From: Candidatus Oxydemutatoraceae bacterium | GTDB taxonomy: Bacteria; Pseudomonadota; Gammaproteobacteria; Poriferisulfidales; Oxydemutatoraceae | Length of the DNA stretch: 64,000 bases | NCBI GenBank assembly: GCA_965220085.1 | Contig: CBDCOZ010000001.1 | Location: 32,001-96,000 of the forward strand | Direction of reading: 5' to 3' | Shown: positions 18,229-28,006 of the stretch, piece after piece | How the letters are laid out: each line of letters begins with the position of its first letter | Numbering within the stretch: position 1 is the first letter of the stretch | Program-made: the position numbers and the translations under genes | Notes under the pieces: model-generated | Told to the model about the DNA's origin: nothing | Database searches by the model: none | The model's input: the letters and a program-made list of their open reading frames with translations, nothing else

Positions 18229-19422
18229 ATGGCAATGGTAAAACGTAAGATCAGACTTGAAAAATTGCTTGAGAAGCATTGCCCGAAAGGGGTTGAGTTC
18301 AAAGAATTAGAAGAAGTCTTAGCTTATGAGCAACCCAGTAAGTATATTGTTTCTTCAACAAGATATAACGACGGATATAAAACACCTGTTCTAACTGCGG
18401 GTCAGGGTTTTATTCTAGGATACACAGATGAAATGAACGGAATATGCGAAGCAGACAAAGAAAGCCCCACAATTATATTTGATGATTTTACTACCTCGTT
18501 CCACTGGGTAGATTTTGACTTCAAAGTAAAGTCTTCAGCTATGAAGATACTGCGCCTTAAAGGAGATAGTAATGTTAATCTTCGTTTTATTTTTTATGCG
18601 ATGAAGTGTATTAGCTACACTCCTAGCAGCCATTCTCGACAATGGATTTCGAAATACTCAAAACTGAGAATTCCGATTCCGCCTCTGAGTGTTCAAAAAG
18701 AAATTGTCAAGATTCTTGACAGTTTCACGGAATTAAAAGCGGAATTAAAAGCGGAATTAAAAGCGGAATTAAAAGCGAGAAAGAAGCAATATGAATATTA
18801 TCGGAATAATCTTCTGACTTTTGATGGGGAAGCGGAATATAAACAAATAGGTGAGATATGTAAAAGGGTTGCCTCGGGTGGTACCCCTTTAACATCCCAA
18901 AGGGATTTTTATACGGGTGATATACCATGGCTTAGAACTCAAGAAATTGATTACTCTGATGTTTATGATACAGGCTTAAAGATTACGGCTGAGGGTTTAA
19001 AGCATTCATCAGCAAAGTGGATACCTCCTAACTGTGTGATTGTTGCCATGTATGGTGCTACTGCTGCGAAAGTGGCTATAAATAGAGTGCCTCTTACCAC
19101 TAATCAAGCTTGTTGTAACTTAGAAATTGATGAGAAAAAGGCAGAATATCGCTATGTATTTCATTACCTTTCAAAAGAATATCAAAAACTCAAATCATTA
19201 GGGGTTGGAACGCAGTCAAATCTGAATGCGCAAAAAGTTAAGAGTTTTGAAATTCCAATCCCACCGCTCTCAGTACAAAAGAAGATTGTCAAGACGCTTG
19301 ATAAGTTTGACTCGCTTATCAATGACATCTCCATAGGTTTGCCGGCAGAGATTGATGCTCGGCGAAAGCAGTACGAACACTACCGAAACAAGCTACTCAC
19401 ATTTAAGGAATATGCCAGATAA
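18229..19422 (+). CDS. hsdS: Type I RM specificity subunit (type IC-like)
   Basis: Two TRDs, IPIPPLSVQ conserved regions, (KAEL)n spacer, ARKKQYEYYR. Confidence 0.95.
   Translation: MAMVKRKIRLEKLLEKHCPKGVEFKELEEVLAYEQPSKYIVSSTRYNDGYKTPVLTAGQGFILGYTDEMNGICEADKESPTIIFDDFTTSFHWVDFDFKVKSSAMKILRLKGDSNVNLRFIFYAMKCISYTPSSHSRQWISKYSKLRIPIPPLSVQKEIVKILDSFTELKAELKAELKAELKARKKQYEYYRNNLLTFDGEAEYKQIGEICKRVASGGTPLTSQRDFYTGDIPWLRTQEIDYSDVYDTGLKITAEGLKHSSAKWIPPNCVIVAMYGATAAKVAINRVPLTTNQACCNLEIDEKKAEYRYVFHYLSKEYQKLKSLGVGTQSNLNAQKVKSFEIPIPPLSVQKKIVKTLDKFDSLINDISIGLPAEIDARRKQYEHYRNKLLTFKEYAR
18728..18775 (+). repeat. 12-bp tandem repeat CGGAATTAAAAG x4 inside hsdS
   Basis: Read directly from the sequence. Confidence 0.95.
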
Positions 19423-22400
19423 GAAAGGCTATTATTTGGTTGCGGAAAATTCGCACAGCACCGTCGTTGCAGAGTACGATCCGAAGTACCCTCGTGATAC
19501 GGATTACCAAAGTGAGGCAGATCTTGAAGAAGCATTTGTTAGGCAGTTAACAATGCAGGGGTATGAGTATGTGAATATTACATCCGAAGACAGCCTGAAA
19601 CAGAACCTTCGTGATCGACTAGAAAAGCTGAACGACTTTTCATTTACTGACAGTGAGTGGGGACAGTTCTTTGATAACGAGATAGCTAATCAAAACCAGA
19701 GTATTAAAGAAAAAACAAAAACCATACAGGAAGACCACATAAAGAGTCTAAAGCGTGATGACGGCACTACAAAGAATATATACCTCCTGAAAAAGGGTAA
19801 TGATGTCCATGACAATCACTTGCAGGTAATCAACCAATACACCACCGATGATGGCAAACGGTCTAATCGCTACGATGTGACAGTGCTTGTAAATGGTTTG
19901 CCATTAGTGCATGTGGAGCTCAAACGGCGTGGCGTGGCTATTCAAGAAGCATTTAATCAGATTAACCGTTACCAGCGTGAGAGTTTCTGGGCATCGGCCG
20001 GGCTTTTTGAGTATGTGCAGATTTTTGTTATCTCAAACGGAACCCATACCAAGTATTACAGCAATACAACTCGCAGACAGCATGTTGATGAGGCCAAAGC
20101 GCGTCCGGCAAAGACGGGTAAACGTGCAAGCAATAGTTTTGAGTTCACAAACTGGTGGGCAGATCATCAGAACAAACCGATAACGGATTTGCTCGGGTTT
20201 ACCGAGACATTTCTTTATAAACATACCCTGTTGAATATCCTTACCCGCTATTGCGTATTCACAACTGATGAGCAATTGTTGGTGATGCGCCCGTATCAGA
20301 TTGCGGCGACAGAGGAGATATTGCAAAAAATTGCCATGAGCGCAAACCATAAACAATTTGGCACAATGAAAGCGGGCGGATACATATGGCATACCACCGG
20401 TTCAGGAAAAACCCTAACTAGTTTCAAGATTGCACAGCTTGCCAGTCAATTGCCCGAAGTGAAGAAGGTGCTGTTTGTAGTTGACCGCAAGGACTTGGAT
20501 GTCCAGACAATGCGTGAGTATGACCGCTTTAAGGAAGGTGCTGCTAACAGCAATGTCAGCACACGTATTCTGCAACAGCAGATGGGGGATTCAGATGCGA
20601 ATATCATCATTACAACCATCCAGAAACTCTCCCGCTTTATAGGCAAGAATTCAGGCCATACGATATTTGATGACCAAATCGTGATTATTTTTGACGAGTG
20701 CCACCGTTCGCAGTTCGGCAGCATGCATACTGCCATCACGAAAGCATTCAAAAAATATCATCTGTTTGGCTTCACTGGCACCCCGATCTTTGCAAAGAAT
20801 GCATCTTCCAGTGGAAAGATAAACCTGAAAACCACGGAGCAGGCGTTCGGTGAGAAGCTACACACTTATAGTATTGTGGATGCAATTGCCGACAAGAATG
20901 TTCTGCCGTTTAAGGTGGATTATGTTTCTACAATGCGGGAAGAGGAGGATATTGAGGACAAGAAAGTAAGCGATATTAATCGCGATGCCGCACTTGCCTC
21001 ACCGGAGCGTCTTGGCAATATTGTGCAGTATATTCTTGAGCATTTTGACCAGAAGACCAAGCGGAATACATCTTACAAACTGAAAGAACGGAGGTTGCGA
21101 GGATTCAATTCTATTTTTGCTGTTCCCTCAATTGAGGTGGCAACAAAGTATTACGCCGAATTTAAAAGACAACTTGAAGCTGTGCCAAGTGACAAGCAAC
21201 TGAAGGTGGCATTGATTTACAGTTTTTGTGTAAATGATGACGAAGCGGGCGGTGACGGGGTACCTGATGAGAACTCTGAAGGCACAGAGGGTTTGGATCA
21301 GACTTCGCGAGATTTTCTGGATGGAGCCATTGCCGATTACAACAAGATGTTTGGAACATCCTACGACACTTCATCTGACAAATTCCAAAACTATTACAAA
21401 GACGTCAGCTTACGCGTTAAAAATCGTGAAGTAGATATTCTCATCGTGGTCAATATGTTCCTGACTGGCTTTGATGCAACGACTCTCAACACATTGTGGG
21501 TAGACAAGAATCTGCGGTTACACGGACTGCTTCAGGCGTATTCGCGTACCAATCGGATTCTGAACAGCGTGAAAACTTTCGGGAACATTGTCTGTTTCCG
21601 CAATCTGGAGAAAGCAACCAATGAGTCAATCGCTCTTTTCGGTGATAGAGACGCCACCGGTATTGTGCTACTGAAAAGCTATGAGGAGTATTACACAGGC
21701 TATAACGAAGGCGGGAAAAATGTGCCCGGTTATGAAAGTCTGGTGAATGAGCTGTTAGAGAAGTTTCCTGTCGGGGAGCGCATTGAGGGAGAGCAAAGTC
21801 AAAAAGATTTCATAAAGCTTTACGGTTCAATCTTGCGTGTGCGTAACATACTGGAGACCTTTGATCAGTTCGCCGGTAACGAAATTCTGTCTGAGCGTGA
21901 TGTTCAGGATTATCACAGTATGTATATTGACTTATATAAGGAGTTGCGGACACAGGCAAAGGGGGATAAGGAAAACATCAATGATGACATCGTGTTTGAA
22001 ATGGAGCTTATCAAGCAGGTGGAGATTAATATTGATTACATATTGGAACTTGTCAAAAAATATCACGAGACCCAGAGCAAAGATAAAGAGGTTACTCTGG
22101 AGAGTATCAACAAGGCCATTGACTCAAGTATTGAATTGCGCAACAAGAAGGAGCTGATTAACAAATTTATTGCCTCACTTGATGTGAAGTCTGTAGTTGA
22201 TGATGACTGGCAGAAGTTTGTTGATGAGGAAAAGAAAGCGGAACTGGATCAGATTATTAAAGACCAGAAGCTCAACCGGGAAGAAACATACCAATTTATT
22301 GATAAAGCCTTTCAAGAAGGTGTCATCACCACAACAGGCACTAACCTTGCTCATATTTTACCGCCTGTGTCGCGCTTTGACCCCGAAGGCAAGCGCACAC

Positions 22401-22477
22401 AAATTCGCGAAAGCGTCATTGAAAAACTGGAGGAATTCTTCGAGAAATTCTTTGGCATCTCAAAAAGAGAACGATAG
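19412..22477 (+). CDS. hsdR: Type I RM restriction subunit (EcoR124I-like)
   Basis: RYDVTVLVNGLPLVHVELK nuclease motif, HTTGSGKT, DECHR, QAYSRTNR. Confidence 0.97.
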   Translation: MPDKKGYYLVAENSHSTVVAEYDPKYPRDTDYQSEADLEEAFVRQLTMQGYEYVNITSEDSLKQNLRDRLEKLNDFSFTDSEWGQFFDNEIANQNQSIKEKTKTIQEDHIKSLKRDDGTTKNIYLLKKGNDVHDNHLQVINQYTTDDGKRSNRYDVTVLVNGLPLVHVELKRRGVAIQEAFNQINRYQRESFWASAGLFEYVQIFVISNGTHTKYYSNTTRRQHVDEAKARPAKTGKRASNSFEFTNWWADHQNKPITDLLGFTETFLYKHTLLNILTRYCVFTTDEQLLVMRPYQIAATEEILQKIAMSANHKQFGTMKAGGYIWHTTGSGKTLTSFKIAQLASQLPEVKKVLFVVDRKDLDVQTMREYDRFKEGAANSNVSTRILQQQMGDSDANIIITTIQKLSRFIGKNSGHTIFDDQIVIIFDECHRSQFGSMHTAITKAFKKYHLFGFTGTPIFAKNASSSGKINLKTTEQAFGEKLHTYSIVDAIADKNVLPFKVDYVSTMREEEDIEDKKVSDINRDAALASPERLGNIVQYILEHFDQKTKRNTSYKLKERRLRGFNSIFAVPSIEVATKYYAEFKRQLEAVPSDKQLKVALIYSFCVNDDEAGGDGVPDENSEGTEGLDQTSRDFLDGAIADYNKMFGTSYDTSSDKFQNYYKDVSLRVKNREVDILIVVNMFLTGFDATTLNTLWVDKNLRLHGLLQAYSRTNRILNSVKTFGNIVCFRNLEKATNESIALFGDRDATGIVLLKSYEEYYTGYNEGGKNVPGYESLVNELLEKFPVGERIEGEQSQKDFIKLYGSILRVRNILETFDQFAGNEILSERDVQDYHSMYIDLYKELRTQAKGDKENINDDIVFEMELIKQVEINIDYILELVKKYHETQSKDKEVTLESINKAIDSSIELRNKKELINKFIASLDVKSVVDDDWQKFVDEEKKAELDQIIKDQKLNREETYQFIDKAFQEGVITTTGTNLAHILPPVSRFDPEGKRTQIRESVIEKLEEFFEKFFGISKRER

Positions 22478-22662
22478 CTTTAGCCGATTTTCCTGACAGA
22501 GACTGCGGATATCTCATTCTAGGCTAGCTATGAGAGAAACCTGCAAGATTGACTGAATATACTTAAATCTATTGAGAGTTGTTATACTTATCGCGGTGTG
22601 ATGGGGAGAACGAAGTGTAGTTGACCGTTAGGAACCATGCACGAAATTAAAGGCGTACTACA

Positions 22663-23721
22663 ATGAAAAATAGGCAGTGCAATAAAACCAAACTTACTGC
22701 AATTGATCTCTTCTGCGGGGCGGGAGGACTGACGCTTGGCCTGAAACGAGCAGGGTTTACTGTGCTGGCAGGTGTTGAATTAGAAGAGGTGCCTGCGAAT
22801 ACTTACCGGATGAACCATCCGAATACGCTTTGTATACAAAAAGATATTCGTGATTTGGATGCTATTGATCTGTTAAAGCCTCTCGGATTAAAACGAGGTC
22901 AACTTGACCTTTTAGCAGGGTGCCCACCCTGTCAGGGGTTTTCAACACTACGCACTCGGAAAAAGGTGGCGGCGGTTCCTGACAAGCGGAATAACCTGCT
23001 TTTTGAGTTTTTGCGAATAGTTAAAATGCTTTCACCTCGCGCTATTATGATAGAGAACGTGCCAGCACTTGCAACAGACCAGCGTATGAACAAATTTATC
23101 AAAGAAATTGCACACTTGGGCTACTATGCAGATTGTGACAGTGTAAAGATTCTGGATGCGGCAGAGTTTGGTGTTCCTCAAAGACGACAGCGCATGATTC
23201 TTGCTACGTCAAAAACAAGTCAAGTTAAAGATGCTAGACGCTCTAAAATGATAACTGTTCGCCAATATCTGGAAAGAGTTGGACTCAAGTCAGTGGGTAC
23301 CGCAGGAGACCCATTGCATGACTATAAACCTACAAGGACACAACGAGTGCAAGAAATTATCAGAAATATACCTAAAGATGGTGGCTCTCGTAGCGCCTTG
23401 CCGAATCATCTCGTTCTGGCTTGCCATAGAAAGCACCCATTCTGTTTCAGAGATGTGTATGGACGTATGGCGTGGGACAAGGTTGCACCAACTATCACTG
23501 GTGGATGTGGGAACCCATCCAAGGGACGTTATCTCCATCCCGATGAAAACAGAGCAATCACTCTACGTGAAGCAGCGTTACTACAAACTTTTCCTGCCAA
23601 CTACAAATTTGATTTGTCCAGAGGGCGTGACAAAGTTGCGTTAATGATAGGCAATGCGCTCCCCCCTGAATTCATTAAGCGGCACGCTAAGATGATAGCA
23701 AAAGCACTTTTAGCAGAGTAG
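22663..23721 (+). CDS. Second C5 DNA cytosine methyltransferase
   Basis: LFCGAGG, PPCQGFS, ENV, PQRRQR, GNALPP motifs. Confidence 0.95.
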   Translation: MKNRQCNKTKLTAIDLFCGAGGLTLGLKRAGFTVLAGVELEEVPANTYRMNHPNTLCIQKDIRDLDAIDLLKPLGLKRGQLDLLAGCPPCQGFSTLRTRKKVAAVPDKRNNLLFEFLRIVKMLSPRAIMIENVPALATDQRMNKFIKEIAHLGYYADCDSVKILDAAEFGVPQRRQRMILATSKTSQVKDARRSKMITVRQYLERVGLKSVGTAGDPLHDYKPTRTQRVQEIIRNIPKDGGSRSALPNHLVLACHRKHPFCFRDVYGRMAWDKVAPTITGGCGNPSKGRYLHPDENRAITLREAALLQTFPANYKFDLSRGRDKVALMIGNALPPEFIKRHAKMIAKALLAE

Positions 23722-25677
23722 ATGACAGACACGAAACTCCATTTAAGTTTCCATGGTCGGATAATTGACCATATTGGTATCCAGATGTACCAAAGCCCAA
23801 CTGCAGCTCTTGCAGAGATTGTTGCCAATTCATGGGATGCTGATGCTACTGAAGTGAATATCTTTTTCGACTTTAGTTCCGACGAAAAGTCAGATTGGAC
23901 GATTACTGTTTCGGATAATGGTAATGGAATGACAAAAGATGAGTGTCAGGAAAAATTCCTGAATGTTGGTTTCAATAGGCGAGAACAGGATGGCCCTAAG
24001 GCCACATCGCTTCAAAGGGGACGCCCGCTGATGGGGCGAAAGGGCATCGGGAAGTTTGCTGGGTTTGGAATTGCTCGTTTTATTGAAATTGATACAGTTA
24101 GTCAGGAGACAAAAGAGCGGACTATGTTCGAGCTTGATCAAGAGATTATTCGGCAAGGCGACAGCTATGTTTCTACCGATCAACTAAAAATTGATGCGAC
24201 ACATGACAAAAATGTAGCAGGTAAGAATTGTGGCACTAAGGTTACCCTTCGCAACTTGGAGTTGAGTCGACGAATACCTGAGGGACAGTTTAGGGCATCG
24301 TTAGCAAGACGGTTTCTTATTAACAGCACAGCTGATGAGTTCTCGGTCAAGGTCAACGGTCAAATCATGTCTGACGATGTGGATGCATCTTCAATAGAGA
24401 TGAGCTTTCCACGCGATTTACCGGATGATGACAAGGAAAGCCGCAATGTCAATATTGATGATGACGGTTGGGGTACAGAAGACATTGACGAAGGCAAGCG
24501 CGTTCGCTGGCGTGTTCAATTCTTTAAGGAACTTGTCAAAGACGAAGAACTATCAGGAGTTACAATTTTTGCCCACAAGAAATTGGCTCAGCGTCCATTC
24601 ATGTTCAATGTGTCTGGGGGGTTGGGCAGTCAGGCTGGACCGGAGTATATGTCGGGACAAGTAGTGGCTGATTGGGTGGATGAGCTCACAACAGAAATGA
24701 TTTCCACAGAACGCCAACGACTTCGCTGGGAGCACCCAGAACTCAAAAAGCTTGAGGGCTGGGGACAGAACCTTATAAGGCGGCTATTGTCAATTTGGAA
24801 AAGTAAACGTACCGAAGAAAAAATGAACTACCTGAAAGAAAAAGTTGGCACTTTTTCAGACCGTCTTGAAAGCCTCGGTTCAGAAGGCAAACCAGTGCGT
24901 AAGGCCATAAAGAAACTAGCAGAAATAGAAAAACTATCTAAAGCTCAATTTGAGGACATGGGCGATGCGGTTCTTCTAGCATGGGAGGGAGGGAGGCTCA
25001 AAGAGTTAATTAAGGAAATTGCGCAAGCAGACAAGATGGATGAAAAAGAATTTATGAAAATTCTTGTGGAAGCAAATGTTATCACAGCACTTCATACTGC
25101 TGAAACTATCAGTGCCAAACTGCAGGCTATTAAGACCCTTGAGCAGAAAATAAAACAAAAAGACTATGAACATGTTGTTCGTGATCACATTTCGGAGAAC
25201 CCATGGCTAATCTCACCAAAATGGGAAACTTTTGCAAAAGAGAAAAGACTTGCAAGTGTATGTGAGAAAGCAGGAAGTACCATCTATGGAGAAGATTCAG
25301 CATTTAGTCAACGTATAGATTTGGTTCTTTCCTCCGGTAATCAACTGCTTGTTCTGGAGTTCATGCGCCCTGGCATTACAATAGACCGAGACCACCTTCA
25401 GAGGTTTGATGCTTATATGGATTTTTTGCAGGGTCATATTACCAATAATACCGGTCTCCCATTCAATCAACTGAGTGGGTATATCATTGCTGACAATCAA
25501 GCGGCAAAGCGTGATATTGATGTGTACATAGGAAGGATAGAATCTAACAAGCGTTATGTAATGACTTGGGAGGATTTAATCGCAAAAGCCAAATATGAAT
25601 GGAGAGAATTTCTAAATCACGTGAAACAACGCTCACCTGATGATGAGCGCCTCAAATCAATCCGAGAAGAAACCTAA
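23722..25677 (+). CDS. GHKL/MORC-type ATPase with probable C-terminal restriction-endonuclease-like domain
   Basis: EIVANSWDADA, DNGNGM, GRKGIGK motifs; C-terminal RIDLVL...VLEFMRP. Confidence 0.8.
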   Translation: MTDTKLHLSFHGRIIDHIGIQMYQSPTAALAEIVANSWDADATEVNIFFDFSSDEKSDWTITVSDNGNGMTKDECQEKFLNVGFNRREQDGPKATSLQRGRPLMGRKGIGKFAGFGIARFIEIDTVSQETKERTMFELDQEIIRQGDSYVSTDQLKIDATHDKNVAGKNCGTKVTLRNLELSRRIPEGQFRASLARRFLINSTADEFSVKVNGQIMSDDVDASSIEMSFPRDLPDDDKESRNVNIDDDGWGTEDIDEGKRVRWRVQFFKELVKDEELSGVTIFAHKKLAQRPFMFNVSGGLGSQAGPEYMSGQVVADWVDELTTEMISTERQRLRWEHPELKKLEGWGQNLIRRLLSIWKSKRTEEKMNYLKEKVGTFSDRLESLGSEGKPVRKAIKKLAEIEKLSKAQFEDMGDAVLLAWEGGRLKELIKEIAQADKMDEKEFMKILVEANVITALHTAETISAKLQAIKTLEQKIKQKDYEHVVRDHISENPWLISPKWETFAKEKRLASVCEKAGSTIYGEDSAFSQRIDLVLSSGNQLLVLEFMRPGITIDRDHLQRFDAYMDFLQGHITNNTGLPFNQLSGYIIADNQAAKRDIDVYIGRIESNKRYVMTWEDLIAKAKYEWREFLNHVKQRSPDDERLKSIREET

Positions 25678-25920
25678 AATCAAACTATCCTTGATAGTGA
25701 ATGCGACCAGAAACATTCTAAACTCTTAGAATTAACAAATCGGCTAACAGGTATTTGAGTGCTATGTTGACGGCAGGCGATGCCCCTCACCGGTGCGCCT
25801 GCGGGGATGGTGCGATTCGTGTAGCCCTATAATTCACAGGTGTTTTCTTATTATATTGCAAACGGCAGTTGGGCTGAGATTCGATACGACTTTCTTCACT
25901 CTGATACAATACCCCGTGCT

Positions 25921-26121
25921 ATGATTAATGTTCAGAACATCATTAATTTCCTACGGGCCGCCCGCTCCTCTACCAGGGTGCTCATTGCCATTGCCACTGT
26001 GCTCAGTGTGCTCATATTGTGCCTCACGATTATGTCTATCTTTGCTCCAGATCAATTCAATTATCTTGTCCAAATACTTTTTCGTGTATTTCACAGTATT
26101 TATTCGGAGGGTTCGGAGTAG
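25921..26121 (+). CDS. Small hypothetical membrane protein
   Basis: One long hydrophobic helix; no other support. Confidence 0.35.
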   Translation: MINVQNIINFLRAARSSTRVLIAIATVLSVLILCLTIMSIFAPDQFNYLVQILFRVFHSIYSEGSE

Positions 26122-26522
26122 TCGCCGCCAGACTACCTGCTAGTCAGCCCCCTTAGCTTACCTCCTCTTCCGCGAGGGGAGGGTAATGCACAGTGCTCAC
26201 TACTGCAACGCCCCCAAGGAAGAGGCGCAGGGTAAAAGCTTCCCCGCATCGGTGCGTTTGCGAGGTTTCGCCTTTAGTGCCCGGCTACCACATGCATTTC
26301 CAAACATAATAAGAATCTCGCTGTAAATCATACATATAGAAAGGAGAGGGATTTCCAAATATAATAAAATAAATCCCGCGCAGACGGAGATATCCGTCAC
26401 ACTCAAAGGTCTAAAACAACCGGCGCTTTTCCGGCATGCGGTTTGGCTTATGCCTTTGCTTGTTTCTCCTAAAAAACTTGATAGCAGAGGCTGAGCTGCC
26501 GGCGAAGGGCGATGCGGCGAGG

Positions 26523-26600
26523 GGGAAGTTTGTCGGGGTTTGCGAGGGGAACGGAGCGATGCGGCGGGGGACAAGTCTCTGCCGGACGAGTTCAATTCCT
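26523..26600 (+). repeat. 78-bp imperfect direct repeat, right copy
   Basis: Aligns to 10546-10623. Confidence 0.7.
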
Positions 26601-26608
26601 GCCCAATC

Positions 26609-28006
26609 CTAACCGCCCGCCTCGCAAGCCGCCGCCAAATCCACCGGCAACAGATGCAGGCGCAGCGGCTTCTCCCCGCTCGGCTCGCGCAACACTTGCG
26701 GCTCGGCAAAGCGTTCGCTCCTGGGGTACAGCAACGCCAGTTCCACCGGGCATCCCTTGTCGCGGCAATAGCGCATGCCGTAGGAATACATCTGGTAGAT
26801 GTCGGCCTGACTTATGCCGTGCTTATCCTGCTCTTTGCCTATCCGCTTCCACTTGGTGTCCATGATAATCCAGTGGCCGCCGTCCGTCCGCGGCGCCGCC
26901 ACTATGTCCGGGCGCATTGCAAAATTCAGCTTGCCTCCGGATGCATCCTCCATCACTCTTGCCACCTCGCGGCTCTGGGTGTGTATGCGCCAGTCGCCGC
27001 TCTGCAAAACTTCTTGCAGTTCTGGCGGGCAAAGCAACCAGCGGGCGCAGTCCGGCCGCCGTTCGTGCCGGCGCAAGTGCGCCGCCACAAACTTCTCAAA
27101 CACTTGCTCCATGGGGAACAGCAGGGAATAGGCCAGAGTATCGGCGCGCCAACTGGCCGGATTGAGCCGCTCCAATATGGTGCGCGCCCACAGCAGCGGC
27201 ATCCTGTAGTGGTCGGCGGCCTCGCGCCGCAAATGCACCTTGTCATCCTCAACGCGCCAGTCGCCGGGCAGGGACACGCCGTCAAAATGCGGCGACAACT
27301 GGTGCGCAATCCTGTAGTTGTCAACATTGCTAATCAGTGGCCGCACCCGCTCCAGAGCGCATTTCATGACGCGATTGGCCGGCCGGTCTGGCGTCCATTC
27401 ATCGTAGCGCACATAAAACCGTTCCTTGCGCACCAGATTGTGACGCAACTGCCCGCCAAAATCCAACCGCCCGCGCAAAAACGGCAGGTTGCCCTCTCTG
27501 GGGCTGTACGCATGGGCCAGCCCGCGCCGCACCAGCCCCCGCACCGACTCCAAGAACAATGCGATCAACTGCTCCAACAACGGCATGTCCCCGTGCCGTT
27601 GCACTGACACATCATCAAAACGCCGGGGCTCCTTGCCGCCATCCAACCACGCGGGCAACATCCGCATAAAAATTGTGCGCGTTTGCTTGTCGGCATCAAC
27701 GCTTGACCCCAAATCAATCTTCGGCAAAATCTCCAACGCCGGCCCATCCCGCGCCTGCAAAGCCCCGCAGTAGTTGCGCGCCTGCATATGCTCATGCCCA
27801 AAGCGCATCAACTCCGGCGGCTTGCCGCCATCCTGCCTGCCGCGCCATTCATCCACGCCAGCCGCCAGCGCATCGTAGCACTTGCGACACAACTTTATAT
27901 CCCCGCCGGGCCCGGCGCCCGCGCACCAATGGCAAGATTCATCCGCGCTCAATCTTATACTGTCATATTCACGCAGAACCAGCGGCGGCCTGTCAGCCAT
28001 TGTCAT
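26609..28006 (-). CDS. mcrC: McrC-family restriction endonuclease
   Basis: LEILPKI, FPMEQVFEKFV, RPDIV...DTKWK, ADIYQMYSY. Confidence 0.92.
   Translation of the reverse strand: MTMADRPPLVLREYDSIRLSADESCHWCAGAGPGGDIKLCRKCYDALAAGVDEWRGRQDGGKPPELMRFGHEHMQARNYCGALQARDGPALEILPKIDLGSSVDADKQTRTIFMRMLPAWLDGGKEPRRFDDVSVQRHGDMPLLEQLIALFLESVRGLVRRGLAHAYSPREGNLPFLRGRLDFGGQLRHNLVRKERFYVRYDEWTPDRPANRVMKCALERVRPLISNVDNYRIAHQLSPHFDGVSLPGDWRVEDDKVHLRREAADHYRMPLLWARTILERLNPASWRADTLAYSLLFPMEQVFEKFVAAHLRRHERRPDCARWLLCPPELQEVLQSGDWRIHTQSREVARVMEDASGGKLNFAMRPDIVAAPRTDGGHWIIMDTKWKRIGKEQDKHGISQADIYQMYSYGMRYCRDKGCPVELALLYPRSERFAEPQVLREPSGEKPLRLHLLPVDLAAACEAGG

Larger units (their letters stand above)
10620..25877. 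mobile_element. AT-rich defence island bounded by a 31/32-bp direct repeat (no integrase seen)
   Basis: TCTTATTAT(A)TTGCAAACGGCAGTTGGGCTGA at 10620-10650 and 25846-25877; lower GC; only defence-type genes inside. Confidence 0.65.

Noticed and set aside
23968-23978. GGTTTCAATA match to the 3' end of CRISPR spacer 1
   Set aside because: Only 10 nt, inside a coding region, PAM unknown; not distinguishable from chance.
26540-27607. 355-aa plus-strand ORF, and similar long antisense ORFs at 41636, 44082, 51615, 53194, 54940, 56099 and 56248
   Set aside because: Shadow frames opposite well-supported genes in GC-rich DNA.
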